Both the position numbers and the translations under genes were made by a program. A stretch of DNA of 64,000 bases, taken from an uncultured Ignavibacteria bacterium (GTDB lineage: Bacteria > Zixibacteria > MSB-5A5 > WJJR01). A model generated the notes under the pieces. The model searched no databases, had not been told where the DNA came from, and was given only the letters and a program-made list of their open reading frames with translations. Below, piece by piece: positions 1 through 9,514 of the stretch (its first letter is position 1; every line of letters begins with the position of its first letter). The stretch spans positions 42,859-106,858 of the forward strand of contig CAZQIZ010000005.1 in NCBI GenBank assembly GCA_964593585.1, read 5' to 3'.

Positions 1-1716
1 GTCCAGAATCTCATAGCGCCCCAGCCGCTTCAGGCCGGAGAGATTCGGGCCGGATTGGGTCGCGAACGCCTCCGGTCCTGACGCCTGCAACTCGACCGGC
101 TCGGGCTGGTCGAGATCAACCGGCTCCGGCGAACTCGTGCGCGTGCTCGTGTGGCCTTCCACCAGCGGGACATCGCCGTCTGTCCCCGGCTCAAAGGTCG
201 GTGTCAGCGTAATGCCGGCGTTGAACTCACCGGCGGGCGCGGTCTCGCGTTGCTCCTTCGACGGGGCAGGGAAAGGGGTGCCGCTTTCCGGCGAAGCGCT
301 CAGGTTGACCGTCGGCGCCGCGGACACCTCTGGCGTGGGCTCCGGCTCGGCCGGCATGACCCGGTAGGCGCCCGATGTCGAAGCCGGCTTTTCGTCCGGG
401 GCAGAGGCCCGCTTGACCGGGCGGGTCAAGGCCACCTTCTCGTTGCTGGGTTTCACAAACGGCGCGAATGCCAAGAACAGCAGGATCTCCAGCGTGGGGT
501 AGAGCGTGTTGGTCACCAGCTTGAGCGATTGATAAAGCACAAAGTTCACGTTCAAGAAGAGCGCCGCGAAGACCATCAGCACGATCATCCGGCTGACCAG
601 ACTCACCCGCGGCAGGACCACGGCCGCAAACACCCCGATCCCAATCAGGATGAGCAAATCGAGAAACGTCGAGAATGTCACCGTGGTGATATAGCGACCG
701 GCGAGAATGTTGGCGGTCACCGTGGCCAGTTTCTCGGCGCGGGGAAAATCATCGGAGGCCGACGTGCGCAGCGTGGTGCCGTAGCCGGAGGCGGTCACAC
801 CCACCACCACGATCTTGTCGGTCAGACCCTGCAGATCATCCGACCCTTCCAGCACCTTCGCCGCCGAAATCGAGCGGCAGGTGCCGGCGGGCCCGCGGTA
901 ATCGATTCGCAGCATGCCGCCCTCATCGGTGGGAATCGCGCGTCCGGCCATCAGGACCGCTTCGCCCGGCTCGATCTTTACCTGCAACCGATCGGCGCCC
1001 GTCGCCGCGCGTGCCAGTTGCAGCGCCATCGACGGATAGTAATGGCCCTCGTAATTGACCACCAGTGGATCGCGGCGCACCTTGCCGTCCACATCCTGCC
1101 AGGTGTTCACATGCCCCAGCCCCCAGGCGGCCCGGCAGGCCTCGGCGTAGGGGAGCGTGGCGTTCAGCGATTGCGGATACGGGAAATCCAACAGCCGCGC
1201 GCCCTCGTCGATCACCACCAGACTCGACTTCGACACATATTCCGGCGCGGTCTGCGTAAAACGGCCGTCCTCCGCCAGCGTAAACCGCAGCGGCAACACC
1301 ACGTTGCCGGCGCGGTGAATCATGTCCGCCAGGAAGAGATTGCCCTGCGGGTCCTCCATCAGATCCGACGGCAGCTCTACATCCAGGCCGATAGCCTTCG
1401 GACGGTACTCGGACAGCATGCCGACCAAATAACCGATTCGTTCGGAATCCCAGGGCCAACGACCCAGTTTGTTCACCGCGTCATCGTCGATGTTGACCAC
1501 CACCACCTCGGTGGGCGGGTCGGTCTTGCGCCCCAGCGACACCATCGTGTCCTGGATGCCCAGCTCCAGCGATGCCAGCCAGTGGTGATTGTCCATGTAG
1601 AGCACGATCACCAGCAGCGTGATCAAGCCATAGAGCATAAACGGCCCGAAACGCCGCAGCAGCGTGTTCTCCTGGCGGAAGTGCATGCCGTTGAATTTGG
1701 ACGGTGCGCTTTTCAT
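1..1716 (-). CDS. CHASE2-domain membrane sensor fused to a Ser/Thr protein kinase (3' end cut by window edge)
   Basis: My translation from the ATG at 1716 stays open to base 1. It shows an N-terminal TM, CHASE2 motifs (VVVNIDDDAVNKLGRWPW, DVDGKVRR, KIVVVG), three TMs and a Pro/Glu-rich linker, then LKRLGRYEILD, the typical start of a Hanks kinase subdomain I. It is absent from the ORF track because it has no stop in the window. Confidence 0.85.
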   Translation of the reverse strand, partial: MKSAPSKFNGMHFRQENTLLRRFGPFMLYGLITLLVIVLYMDNHHWLASLELGIQDTMVSLGRKTDPPTEVVVVNIDDDAVNKLGRWPWDSERIGYLVGMLSEYRPKAIGLDVELPSDLMEDPQGNLFLADMIHRAGNVVLPLRFTLAEDGRFTQTAPEYVSKSSLVVIDEGARLLDFPYPQSLNATLPYAEACRAAWGLGHVNTWQDVDGKVRRDPLVVNYEGHYYPSMALQLARAATGADRLQVKIEPGEAVLMAGRAIPTDEGGMLRIDYRGPAGTCRSISAAKVLEGSDDLQGLTDKIVVVGVTASGYGTTLRTSASDDFPRAEKLATVTANILAGRYITTVTFSTFLDLLILIGIGVFAAVVLPRVSLVSRMIVLMVFAALFLNVNFVLYQSLKLVTNTLYPTLEILLFLAFAPFVKPSNEKVALTRPVKRASAPDEKPASTSGAYRVMPAEPEPTPEVSAAPTVNLSASPESGTPFPAPSKEQRETAPAGEFNAGITLTPTFEPGTDGDVPLVEGHTSTRTSSPEPVDLDQPEPVELQASGPEAFATQSGPNLSGLKRLGRYEILD

Positions 1717-1742
1717 AGGGATGTCCGCGGTTTGGCCTCGTG

Positions 1743-2441
1743 TCAGACGTTGTTGCCGGCGACAAAACGAAACACCGAACGACCGACCTGCAAGATGTCT
1801 CCGTTTTTCAGCGCGACCTTGTCGACCGGCTCGCCGTTGACGCGCGTCTTGTTGCGATGGCCGACGCAGGCGAGCACATAGTGGCCGTTTTCCAGCGCGA
1901 GCGTGGCCTGGATGTCGGGGACAAACCAGCCGGCGACCTTCACATTGCAGAAGCCGGCCTTGCCGAAGGTGAGCGTGCCGCCGGCCAGACGGATCTCATC
2001 GGTCGGCGCGTTCTTCTCGCCCAGCAACACCGCCACGCCGCCGGAGCGGGCGACGATCTCGCGGTCGCGGCGATCGGTCTCCACCTGCTCGCGGTGCTTG
2101 CGGGTGTTGAGCGTCATCGTGCCGTCGAGGTCCGACAACTTGGTCTCCGGCTCGACATTCGGACGGAACACCAGCGAGTACTTGCCGATGGTGATCGTGT
2201 CGCCGTCGTTGAGAATCTCCTCCTCGACCCGCCGGCTGTTGACAAAGGTGCCGTTGAGCGACTCGTTGTCGATGATCACGCAATTGTTGGGATTGATCTC
2301 GATCACCGCGTGCTTGCGCGAGACGCCGCGGTTGTCCAACACGATGTCGTTGTCGGAGTTGCGTCCGACGCTGATGCGCTTCTTTTCGGTGATCACCCGT
2401 TCGATCACCTTGTCCTCGTAGCGGACCACGATTTCCGTCAT
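1743..2441 (-). CDS. Tandem FHA-domain protein
   Basis: FHA1 is canonical (VGRNSDNDIVL, VSRKHA, SLNGTFVN); a second FHA-like domain lies at the C-terminus. SD-like GAGGGGG precedes the ATG at 2441. Confidence 0.9.
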   Translation of the reverse strand: MTEIVVRYEDKVIERVITEKKRISVGRNSDNDIVLDNRGVSRKHAVIEINPNNCVIIDNESLNGTFVNSRRVEEEILNDGDTITIGKYSLVFRPNVEPETKLSDLDGTMTLNTRKHREQVETDRRDREIVARSGGVAVLLGEKNAPTDEIRLAGGTLTFGKAGFCNVKVAGWFVPDIQATLALENGHYVLACVGHRNKTRVNGEPVDKVALKNGDILQVGRSVFRFVAGNNV

Positions 2442-2557
2442 TGCCCCCTCCAACCCAGCCCGGCGGGCGGCTCCGTCGACTCAAAAACCGCCAAACGGCA
2501 GGACTCGCCGGTACGGTTAACTCTTGGCCCGACATTGCCGATCGGGCTGGTGACACC

Positions 2558-2563
2558 TATATT
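2558..2563 (+). promoter_or_regulatory. -10 element TATATT, 7 nt upstream of the dusB ATG (putative leaderless start)
   Basis: TATATT-tctcggc-ATG with no SD motif. Confidence 0.45.
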
Positions 2564-2570
2564 TCTCGGC

Positions 2571-3650
2571 ATGCGGATCGGAAACTTGACCATTGCGGGA
2601 CAGGCCCTGTTGGCCCCGATGGCCGGCATCACCGACGTCGTATTCCGCCGGCTCTGCCGCCGTTTCGGCGCCGCGATCGTCTATTCCGAATTCCTCTCCT
2701 CCGATGGCCTGCTTTTTAACACCATGAGCCAGGAGCACAAACTGGCCTTGGCGGATGACGAGCATCCCGTTGCCTATCAACTATTTGGCGCGCGTGTGCA
2801 GACCTTTGGCCGTGCCGCCCAGATGCTTTCGGCCTACAAACCCGACCTCATCGATCTGAACTTCGGTTGCCCGGTCCGAAAGGTCGTGGGGAAAAACGGC
2901 GGCGCCTCGCTGCTGAAGGACCTCGACTTATTGGCCAGTCTGGTGAAAGAGACCGTTGATGCGGTGCCCCTGCCGGTCACGGTCAAAATGCGTGCCGGGT
3001 GGGATGACAAGACGCTGGTGCACTGCGAAGCGGCCGCGCGCGCGGTCGATGCGGGGGCGCTGGCGGTGACGCTGCATGCGCGGACCCGCGCCGATGGCGC
3101 CTGGGGGCCGAAATATGCCGGTCCCGCCAAATGGGAATACATCGCCGAACTCAAGAGGCATGAGTCGCGAGTGCCGGTCATCGGCAACGGCGATGTCACC
3201 TCCCCCGACACCGCCAAGGCGATGCTCGATCAGACCGGTTGCGACGCGGTGATGATTGGACGCGCCGCTGTGGGACGTCCCTGGATCTTCGCCGAGGTGA
3301 ATCACTTCCTCGCCACCGGTGAACGTCTCCCCGAACCATCTGCCGCCGATGTCCTGACTGTCGCCTGGCATCACATTGCCGAGAAGATCCGCGTGACACC
3401 CGAACCGCCGGCGGTGGTGGTGCGCAGTCTGCGCAAGGTGCTGGCCGCCTACATCAAGGGCTGGCCCGACTCGCACACACTGCGCGATCACCTCATGCGC
3501 ATCGAAGACCCCGAAGAGATTCGCCGCCTCTTTGCCGACTATCTGGCCGGGCACGCCGGCTTGTCGGACAACGCCGACAGCGGTTGGATTGATCAGTATC
3601 TGCCGCTGGACCGCGGCTGGATTCCCAAATCCCGGGCGCTGGTGGCCTGA
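2571..3650 (+). CDS. dusB: tRNA-dihydrouridine synthase DusB
   Basis: LAPMAGITD, DLNFGCPV (catalytic Cys), VTVKMRAGWD, VIGNGDV, VMIGRAA. The ORF-track start at 1740 is an upstream overextension. Confidence 0.95.
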   Translation: MRIGNLTIAGQALLAPMAGITDVVFRRLCRRFGAAIVYSEFLSSDGLLFNTMSQEHKLALADDEHPVAYQLFGARVQTFGRAAQMLSAYKPDLIDLNFGCPVRKVVGKNGGASLLKDLDLLASLVKETVDAVPLPVTVKMRAGWDDKTLVHCEAAARAVDAGALAVTLHARTRADGAWGPKYAGPAKWEYIAELKRHESRVPVIGNGDVTSPDTAKAMLDQTGCDAVMIGRAAVGRPWIFAEVNHFLATGERLPEPSAADVLTVAWHHIAEKIRVTPEPPAVVVRSLRKVLAAYIKGWPDSHTLRDHLMRIEDPEEIRRLFADYLAGHAGLSDNADSGWIDQYLPLDRGWIPKSRALVA

Positions 3651-3653
3651 CCG

Positions 3654-4841
3654 ATGCGCGCGGTCTATTTCGATGGCCAGTCCGGCGCCTCCGGGGACAT
3701 GCTCCTCGGCGCGCTGGTCGATCTGGGCGCCGATCTCGATGCGATCCGGACGGCCCTGCGGCCGATTGTGCCGGCCGAGTTTGCGCTCCATGTCGAGCGC
3801 GTCTCCTCCTATGAGATCGCCGCCGCCCGCGTGACGGTCAACGTCGAAGAGTCGGCCCGGCACCGTCGTTTGGCGGACGTGGAGTCATTGCTCGATGCCG
3901 GCTCGCTGTCGGCGCCGGTGCGAACACAGGCCACCGCCATTTTCCGCCGTCTAGCCGACGCCGAGGCGCGCATCCATTCGACCACCGCCGACAAAGTGCA
4001 TTTCCACGAGGTCGGCGCCAACGATGCGGTCATCGACATTGTCGGATCGCTACTGGCGCTCGAACTGTTGGGTGTCGATCGGGTTTACTGCGCGCCGCTG
4101 GTGCTTGGATCCGGTGTTGGTCGCTCGGCGCACGGCCCGATTCAATTCCCCGCTCCGGCGGTGCTGGAGTTGCTCAAGGATATTCCCGTGCGCCTGGTCG
4201 CCGACTTGGGGGAGACCACCACACCGACCGCCGCCGCCATCCTCGCGGAAGTGGCGGAATTCAGGACCGAACTTGTCCTGCGAGCCGAGCGTATTGGCTA
4301 TGGCGCCGGGCAGAAGACATTCGCCGACCGTCCCAATCTGCTGCGCGCCACTCGGGGCTTTGTCGATGCCTCCTTCGAGCACGACTCGCTCTGGCTTGCC
4401 GCCAGCGACATCGACAACACCTACCCGGAAATCTTCGAATGGGTCGCCGAGAAATTGCGCGAGGCCGGCGCGGTGGATGTCGTCACGTTTCCGCTGATGA
4501 TGAAGAAGGGACGCATCGGCACCCGCATCGAAGCGCTCTGCGCCGATGACGCCCGCGCCGCCGTCGCGGCGGTCATCCTGCGCGAGACCGGCTCGCTGGG
4601 GGTGCGTTGGCAGTCGGTCCACCGTACGAAACTAGCCCGCCGCATCGAGACGATCGCGACGCCGTGGGGCCCGATCCGCGTCAAAGTCGCGGAAACCGCC
4701 GACGGCGCGCGCGCTATCCCGGAGTACGACGACTGCCGCGCCGCGGCGTCAAAACATGCGCTCCCGCTGGTTGAAATCATTGATCGGGTCACCCGCCTGT
4801 ATTACGATCAGACCCCGGGGCGCACCCAGAAGCGAGGATAA
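3654..4841 (+). CDS. larC: Nickel pincer cofactor biosynthesis protein LarC (full length, fused)
   Basis: DGQSGASGDMLLGAL, HFHEVGANDAVIDIVG, TTPTAAAIL, MMKKGR, ETGSLGVR, PEYDDC. Confidence 0.93.
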   Translation: MRAVYFDGQSGASGDMLLGALVDLGADLDAIRTALRPIVPAEFALHVERVSSYEIAAARVTVNVEESARHRRLADVESLLDAGSLSAPVRTQATAIFRRLADAEARIHSTTADKVHFHEVGANDAVIDIVGSLLALELLGVDRVYCAPLVLGSGVGRSAHGPIQFPAPAVLELLKDIPVRLVADLGETTTPTAAAILAEVAEFRTELVLRAERIGYGAGQKTFADRPNLLRATRGFVDASFEHDSLWLAASDIDNTYPEIFEWVAEKLREAGAVDVVTFPLMMKKGRIGTRIEALCADDARAAVAAVILRETGSLGVRWQSVHRTKLARRIETIATPWGPIRVKVAETADGARAIPEYDDCRAAASKHALPLVEIIDRVTRLYYDQTPGRTQKRG

Positions 4842-4842
4842 G

Positions 4843-5829
4843 ATGGCCGGTCTGTCGATTTGGATTTTTGCCCAGCAACGCAACGGCGCGGTGTCATCCG
4901 GCGCCTATGAACTGCTCACCGTGGCGCGTCGTCTGGCCGATGCCGCCGGCGGCACGGTCACCGCGGTGCTGTTCGGGCACGGTGTCGGCGATCATGCCGC
5001 CGCGCTCACCGCGCGCGGCGCCGATCGCGCGTTGGTGGCCGATGATCCGGCGTTGGCGCACTTTGTCGATGATCAATACGCCGACCTGCTCGCACGCTGG
5101 ATCGCCGCCGACAAACCCGATCTGGTCATTGGCAGCGCGACCGTCTATGGACGCGCCCTCTTCGCCCGTCTGGCCGCCCGTCTCGACGCCGGTCTGGTCG
5201 CCGACGCCGGCGGCATTGAGCTGAAGGACGGACTCCCGCATGTGACGAAGGCCACCTATGGCGGCAAGGCCTTCACGGAATACGTCTTCACGGACGCCAA
5301 GCCCTGGCTGGTCACGATGCGCCCAAAGACGTCCGAAGAATCCCAAGCGCGCGAGCCCAAAGGATCAGTCGAGGCTCGTCCCGCCGATGGTCTGGGCGCG
5401 CCGCAGGTGCATGTGGTCGCGGCCGAATCAATCGGCGCCGGCAGCGTGCCATTGACCGAGGCCGATATCATTGTCTCCGGCGGACGCGGTTTGCGCGCGC
5501 CGGAAAACTACAAGATGGTCGAGGAGTTGGCGCAGGTTCTCGGCGCCGCCGCCGGCGCCTCGCGCGCCATCGTCGATGCCGGATGGGTCCCCTACGACAA
5601 GCAGGTCGGCCAGACCGGCAAGACCGTCAATCCCAAACTCTACATCGCCTGCGGGATCTCCGGTGCGATCCAGCATCTGGTCGGCATGCAATCGTCGCGG
5701 GTGATCGTGGCCATCAACAAGGATGCCGACGCCCCGATCTTCAAAGTCGCCAGTTACGGCATCGTCGGCGATGTCTTTGCCTACCTCCCCGAGATCACCC
5801 GCGTGTTCAAGGAAAAGCTCGGCGGGTAG
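4843..5829 (+). CDS. etfA: Electron transfer flavoprotein alpha subunit
   Basis: [60 protein letters not shown]. Confidence 0.96.
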   Translation: MAGLSIWIFAQQRNGAVSSGAYELLTVARRLADAAGGTVTAVLFGHGVGDHAAALTARGADRALVADDPALAHFVDDQYADLLARWIAADKPDLVIGSATVYGRALFARLAARLDAGLVADAGGIELKDGLPHVTKATYGGKAFTEYVFTDAKPWLVTMRPKTSEESQAREPKGSVEARPADGLGAPQVHVVAAESIGAGSVPLTEADIIVSGGRGLRAPENYKMVEELAQVLGAAAGASRAIVDAGWVPYDKQVGQTGKTVNPKLYIACGISGAIQHLVGMQSSRVIVAINKDADAPIFKVASYGIVGDVFAYLPEITRVFKEKLGG

Positions 5830-5845
5830 CGCGCCGGAAGCCCGC

Positions 5846-6751
5846 ATGCGTGTCGCCGCCATCGATCTGGGCACGTTCTCGGCGCTACTGCTGATTGCCG
5901 AGTTGCGGCGTGGACGATTGCATCCCCTCTGTGAAGAACGTCGGACTGTAGACCTCACTTGCGACCGTCATGGCCGCCTCGCCTCCGAAGCAATACGGCG
6001 CGCGCGGCGTGTGCTTTCGCAATACGAGACGCTGGCGCGTCAACATGACGTCGCTGTCGGTTCGGTGGCCGCCACCGCCGCGGTACGCGCCGCCGTCAAC
6101 CGCGCCGCCGTGGTGGAGCAACTGCGCCCGGCAACGTCGTTTCGGGTGCAGGTGCTGAGCGCCCGGCGCGAAGCCGCGCTCTCGGCGCGAGGCGCGCTGT
6201 TGGGGATTCGCGGCGCAACCGCGCAGCGACTTGTCATCGATCTCGGCGGCGGCTCCACGGAAATCGTCGAGCTCGCCTCCGGCACTTTTCGCGGCCTCAA
6301 GATCGGCGCGGCCCGCGCCACCGACCAATGGATCGCGCTCGCGCCGAAAAACCCGGCCGCGCGCGATTTGTACTACCTCGGCTGCGCCGACCGCGCGCTC
6401 CTGTCGCTGAATCCCGATGTCTTTCATGACTCCCGTGCCATCGTTGGGGTGGGAGGGACTTTGACCGCGCTGGCAGCCCTTGCCGCCGGATTGCGTCGCT
6501 TCGATGCGGGTGCGGTCCATGGCCGTGTCCTCACCGCCGACTGGATTGGCGCCACTGCCGCGACGTTGGCGCGGCTGCCAATGGCGCGTCTCCGAGAACT
6601 CCTGCCCTTTGATCCCTCGCGGGCCCGGGTGATTGTCGCTGGAACTTACCTCTGGGCCGCGGTGTTAAACCGCCTGAGCGCAAGGCGCGTGACGGTCTCC
6701 GCGCGTGGCCTGCGTTGGGGCGTGGCGGCCCAACTCGCCGGCCTGCCGTAG
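5846..6751 (+). CDS. ppx: Ppx/GppA family phosphatase (short form)
   Basis: VAAIDLGT, ATAAVR, REA, IDLGGGSTE, GVGGT, GLRWG. Confidence 0.85.
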   Translation: MRVAAIDLGTFSALLLIAELRRGRLHPLCEERRTVDLTCDRHGRLASEAIRRARRVLSQYETLARQHDVAVGSVAATAAVRAAVNRAAVVEQLRPATSFRVQVLSARREAALSARGALLGIRGATAQRLVIDLGGGSTEIVELASGTFRGLKIGAARATDQWIALAPKNPAARDLYYLGCADRALLSLNPDVFHDSRAIVGVGGTLTALAALAAGLRRFDAGAVHGRVLTADWIGATAATLARLPMARLRELLPFDPSRARVIVAGTYLWAAVLNRLSARRVTVSARGLRWGVAAQLAGLP

Positions 6752-6772
6752 CGGTTGCCGACCCTCAACCGC
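6748..6772 (+). repeat. GTAG-preceded hairpin (REP-like) overlapping the ppx stop
   Basis: GTA-GCGGTTG-ccgaccct-CAACCGC. Confidence 0.4.
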
Positions 6773-6902
6773 GACCAGAAAACCCCTTGACCAACTCCAA
6801 CTTGGGGACGACATTCGCTCCCTTACGATGCGCATGGGGGCGCTTCTGTCAGCCAGACCCGGATGCCACGACGCCTTCGGGTTCCACTTCCACCCAAACG
6901 AC

Positions 6903-9500
6903 ATGATGAGCATCTCACACACACGCACCCGCCGGCTTCGGCCGCTCGTCTGGTTTGTCATGCTGGTTCTGTTCGGGCCGGCCGTAGCATTCGCCGCCGA
7001 CCTGCCGCGCGCCTGGCAAATCGATCCGGCCGAGGACGCCTTGTCCAAACCGGCCGTGTCGACCGACACCGTGCCCGGCTCCAACAACGTCGTCGATATC
7101 ATCCACATCACCCCCGATGTCTGGGCCGCGACCGCCAAGGGACCGAGCCGTCTGACGCTGCCGGGAGAACAGTGGCTGACCTATGACACCACCGATGGCT
7201 TGCCGTCCCTTCAAGTGCCGGCGATGGGCGTCTTTCCCAACGGCGCCTGGTCCGCGACCAGCCATACCGAAGTGCGCGATGGCCGTGTGGTGACCTGGGG
7301 GGATGGCCTTTACCGCTTCAATGAGGTGAGCGAGGAGTGGGAGCGACGGACCCCGTCAAACGATCAGGCCTCCGGACCGTTTCAGTTGGCCTACGATCTG
7401 GCCTATGCGCGCGGCCGTCTGTTCGCCACCTGCTTTGCCGGCGGACTGCTGGTCAGCGACGATGATGGTCTTACGTGGGAAAACATCTTCGCCGACGGCA
7501 CCGCCCGCTCGGATTTCGAGAACAAGACCTTCAACGATCTGAACAATCGCTACTTCGCCGCGGTGGTCGACTCGACCCGTCCCGACTCCCTGGCGCTGTG
7601 GGCGGGAACCGCCTACGGCATCAACAAGATGATTTTCCTGACCGACACGCTCAAGCCGCGCGGCAAGGTCTTTCATGACCTCTATCTCGACGGGGCTCGT
7701 CTGTACGCCGCCACCGACGACGGCATGTCACGCACGCCGGACCGCGGCGGCAGTTGGCGCACCTACAATGCGCTTTACGATGGCTTCCCGTCCGATTACG
7801 TCATCTCAACCGCCGCCAAGGGCGACACCTTCTGGGTCGGTCTAGCCAGTCCTGACAACGATTCCGGATTGGGGCTTGCCTACAGTTTCAACAACGGACG
7901 CGACTGGACGGTCACCCAGCCCTTCCACGCCACCGGCCCGGGGCGACGTCCGCGGGACATCGCGTTGACACCCGGCCGCGTCTGGGTTGCATGCGAGAAC
8001 GGTGGAGTGATCTACGCCGACATGCCCGGTGTTGTGTGGGAAAACGCCCTCGGCATCGACGCGTATTCGCTTCTGCCCGCGCCGCCGGATGATCCGGAGA
8101 CTGTTTTCATCGGCACCGATGTCGGCATCTACGCCTGGCCGGTGGCGGGACCGCCGTTGCCCGGCGCTACCATGCCGATCGGCATCGAAGCCGACTCCAT
8201 CGGACAGAGGGTGATCGGCATGGGATACCAGCAGACGCCCTGCACAACCGCCTTTGATTCCGTGATCTGGGCGCTCTGTGAGCCCGGCAGCAACGGATTC
8301 GGCACCGCGGGGTTTGCGATCAGCGCCGATGGCGGCGAGACTTGGGATGTCTCATCGCGCCGACTCGGTGTGCGCGATGTGGTCTTTGAGGGCTGCCGTT
8401 ATTGGCTGGCCACCGACAGCGGCTTGGCCGAAGGCGACATCCGCAATCTCGACAGTCTCATGTTCACCGCCTCATACAGGAACATGGTCAATAACAAGCG
8501 CATCGGCGCCCAACCGCTGTCGCTGGAAGCCGAGATCGGCGAAGATGACCTGACCGGCGCCGATGTCCTCAAGACCCTCTGGGTCGGCACCGACTCGATG
8601 ATGGCGCGTACGCTGGACAAGGGCATCACCTGGGGCGTGGTCTTCTCCAACCCCAATCCCAACGACTTCGATCTGCTTGAGTTCTTCCGCTATCGCGACG
8701 ATGACACCGCCATCGCCGGGTTCGAGCAACTCTCCGGCAATTTCATCACCGCGATCGGCTTCCAGCCGGGCGGGCGCGGCACCATCTGGGCGGCCACCCA
8801 GGCCACCGGGCAGGGGCGTTTCGCCAACATCTTTACCGGATCGAAGGAGAAAGATGGCCTCTCGGTGACGCGCGATGCGGGACGGACCTGGTCGGTGCCG
8901 CTCACCGGCCATCAGATCTGGAACTTCGCCTTCGATGGCGCCATCGTCTGGGCCGCCTCCTCGCAGGGGCTGCTCTACTCGCCCGATAACGGCGTCTCGT
9001 GGGACACGATCAACACCTTTACCGATCCCGAAACCGGCGCGGTCATCGACTCGACCACCGAGGTCTTCGCGGTCGAACTGGTGGGCAATGAAATCTGGGT
9101 CGGCACCGCCAACGGCATGGCGATCCTGACACGCAACGGTCAGACCAAGGCGGTGCGTCGTGGCTTCAAGTCCGTGCAGCCGGGTGCGGCGGGCGGCGAG
9201 GGAGGGGCGTATGCCACGCCCGTGCCGTATTCGCCCAACATTTCCTCCGGCGGCATCCGCTTCCATTACACGCCGCCGTCCGACGGCCCGGTTACTATCA
9301 AGATTTACGATTACGCCAACAATCTCGTTAAGACCGTCACCGATGGCGCGCTGCGCGAAGGGGCACGGCAATACGACGAGCTCGACATTTGGGATGGACG
9401 CAATGGCGAGGGAGAGGTCGTCGCCGTGGGCACCTACTTCTTTGTCATCGAATACTCCGGCGGCGAGACGCACTGGGGTAAACTGGTGGTGATTCCGTGA
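6903..9500 (+). CDS. Large secreted Asp-box/BNR beta-propeller protein with C-terminal FlgD-Ig / T9SS-CTD-like domain
   Basis: Signal peptide ending AFA-A. Seven Asp-boxes (SDDDGLTW, TPDRGGSW, SFNNGRDW, SADGGETW, TLDKGITW, TRDAGRTW, SPDNGVSW). C-terminus PVPYSPN...VTIKIYD...WDGRNGEGEVVAVGTYFF...WGKLVVIP. Confidence 0.85.
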   Translation: MMSISHTRTRRLRPLVWFVMLVLFGPAVAFAADLPRAWQIDPAEDALSKPAVSTDTVPGSNNVVDIIHITPDVWAATAKGPSRLTLPGEQWLTYDTTDGLPSLQVPAMGVFPNGAWSATSHTEVRDGRVVTWGDGLYRFNEVSEEWERRTPSNDQASGPFQLAYDLAYARGRLFATCFAGGLLVSDDDGLTWENIFADGTARSDFENKTFNDLNNRYFAAVVDSTRPDSLALWAGTAYGINKMIFLTDTLKPRGKVFHDLYLDGARLYAATDDGMSRTPDRGGSWRTYNALYDGFPSDYVISTAAKGDTFWVGLASPDNDSGLGLAYSFNNGRDWTVTQPFHATGPGRRPRDIALTPGRVWVACENGGVIYADMPGVVWENALGIDAYSLLPAPPDDPETVFIGTDVGIYAWPVAGPPLPGATMPIGIEADSIGQRVIGMGYQQTPCTTAFDSVIWALCEPGSNGFGTAGFAISADGGETWDVSSRRLGVRDVVFEGCRYWLATDSGLAEGDIRNLDSLMFTASYRNMVNNKRIGAQPLSLEAEIGEDDLTGADVLKTLWVGTDSMMARTLDKGITWGVVFSNPNPNDFDLLEFFRYRDDDTAIAGFEQLSGNFITAIGFQPGGRGTIWAATQATGQGRFANIFTGSKEKDGLSVTRDAGRTWSVPLTGHQIWNFAFDGAIVWAASSQGLLYSPDNGVSWDTINTFTDPETGAVIDSTTEVFAVELVGNEIWVGTANGMAILTRNGQTKAVRRGFKSVQPGAAGGEGGAYATPVPYSPNISSGGIRFHYTPPSDGPVTIKIYDYANNLVKTVTDGALREGARQYDELDIWDGRNGEGEVVAVGTYFFVIEYSGGETHWGKLVVIP

Positions 9501-9514
9501 GGGGCGCATACGCA

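Noticed and set aside
151-1881. 576-aa plus-strand ORF
   Set aside because: Antisense shadow of the CHASE2-kinase gene; no motifs.
1740-2570. 277-aa N-terminal extension of DusB in the ORF track
   Set aside because: It is the antisense of the FHA gene; DusB homology starts at ATG 2571.
3654-4841. Programmed frameshift in larC, as in L. plantarum
   Set aside because: The gene is one uninterrupted frame.
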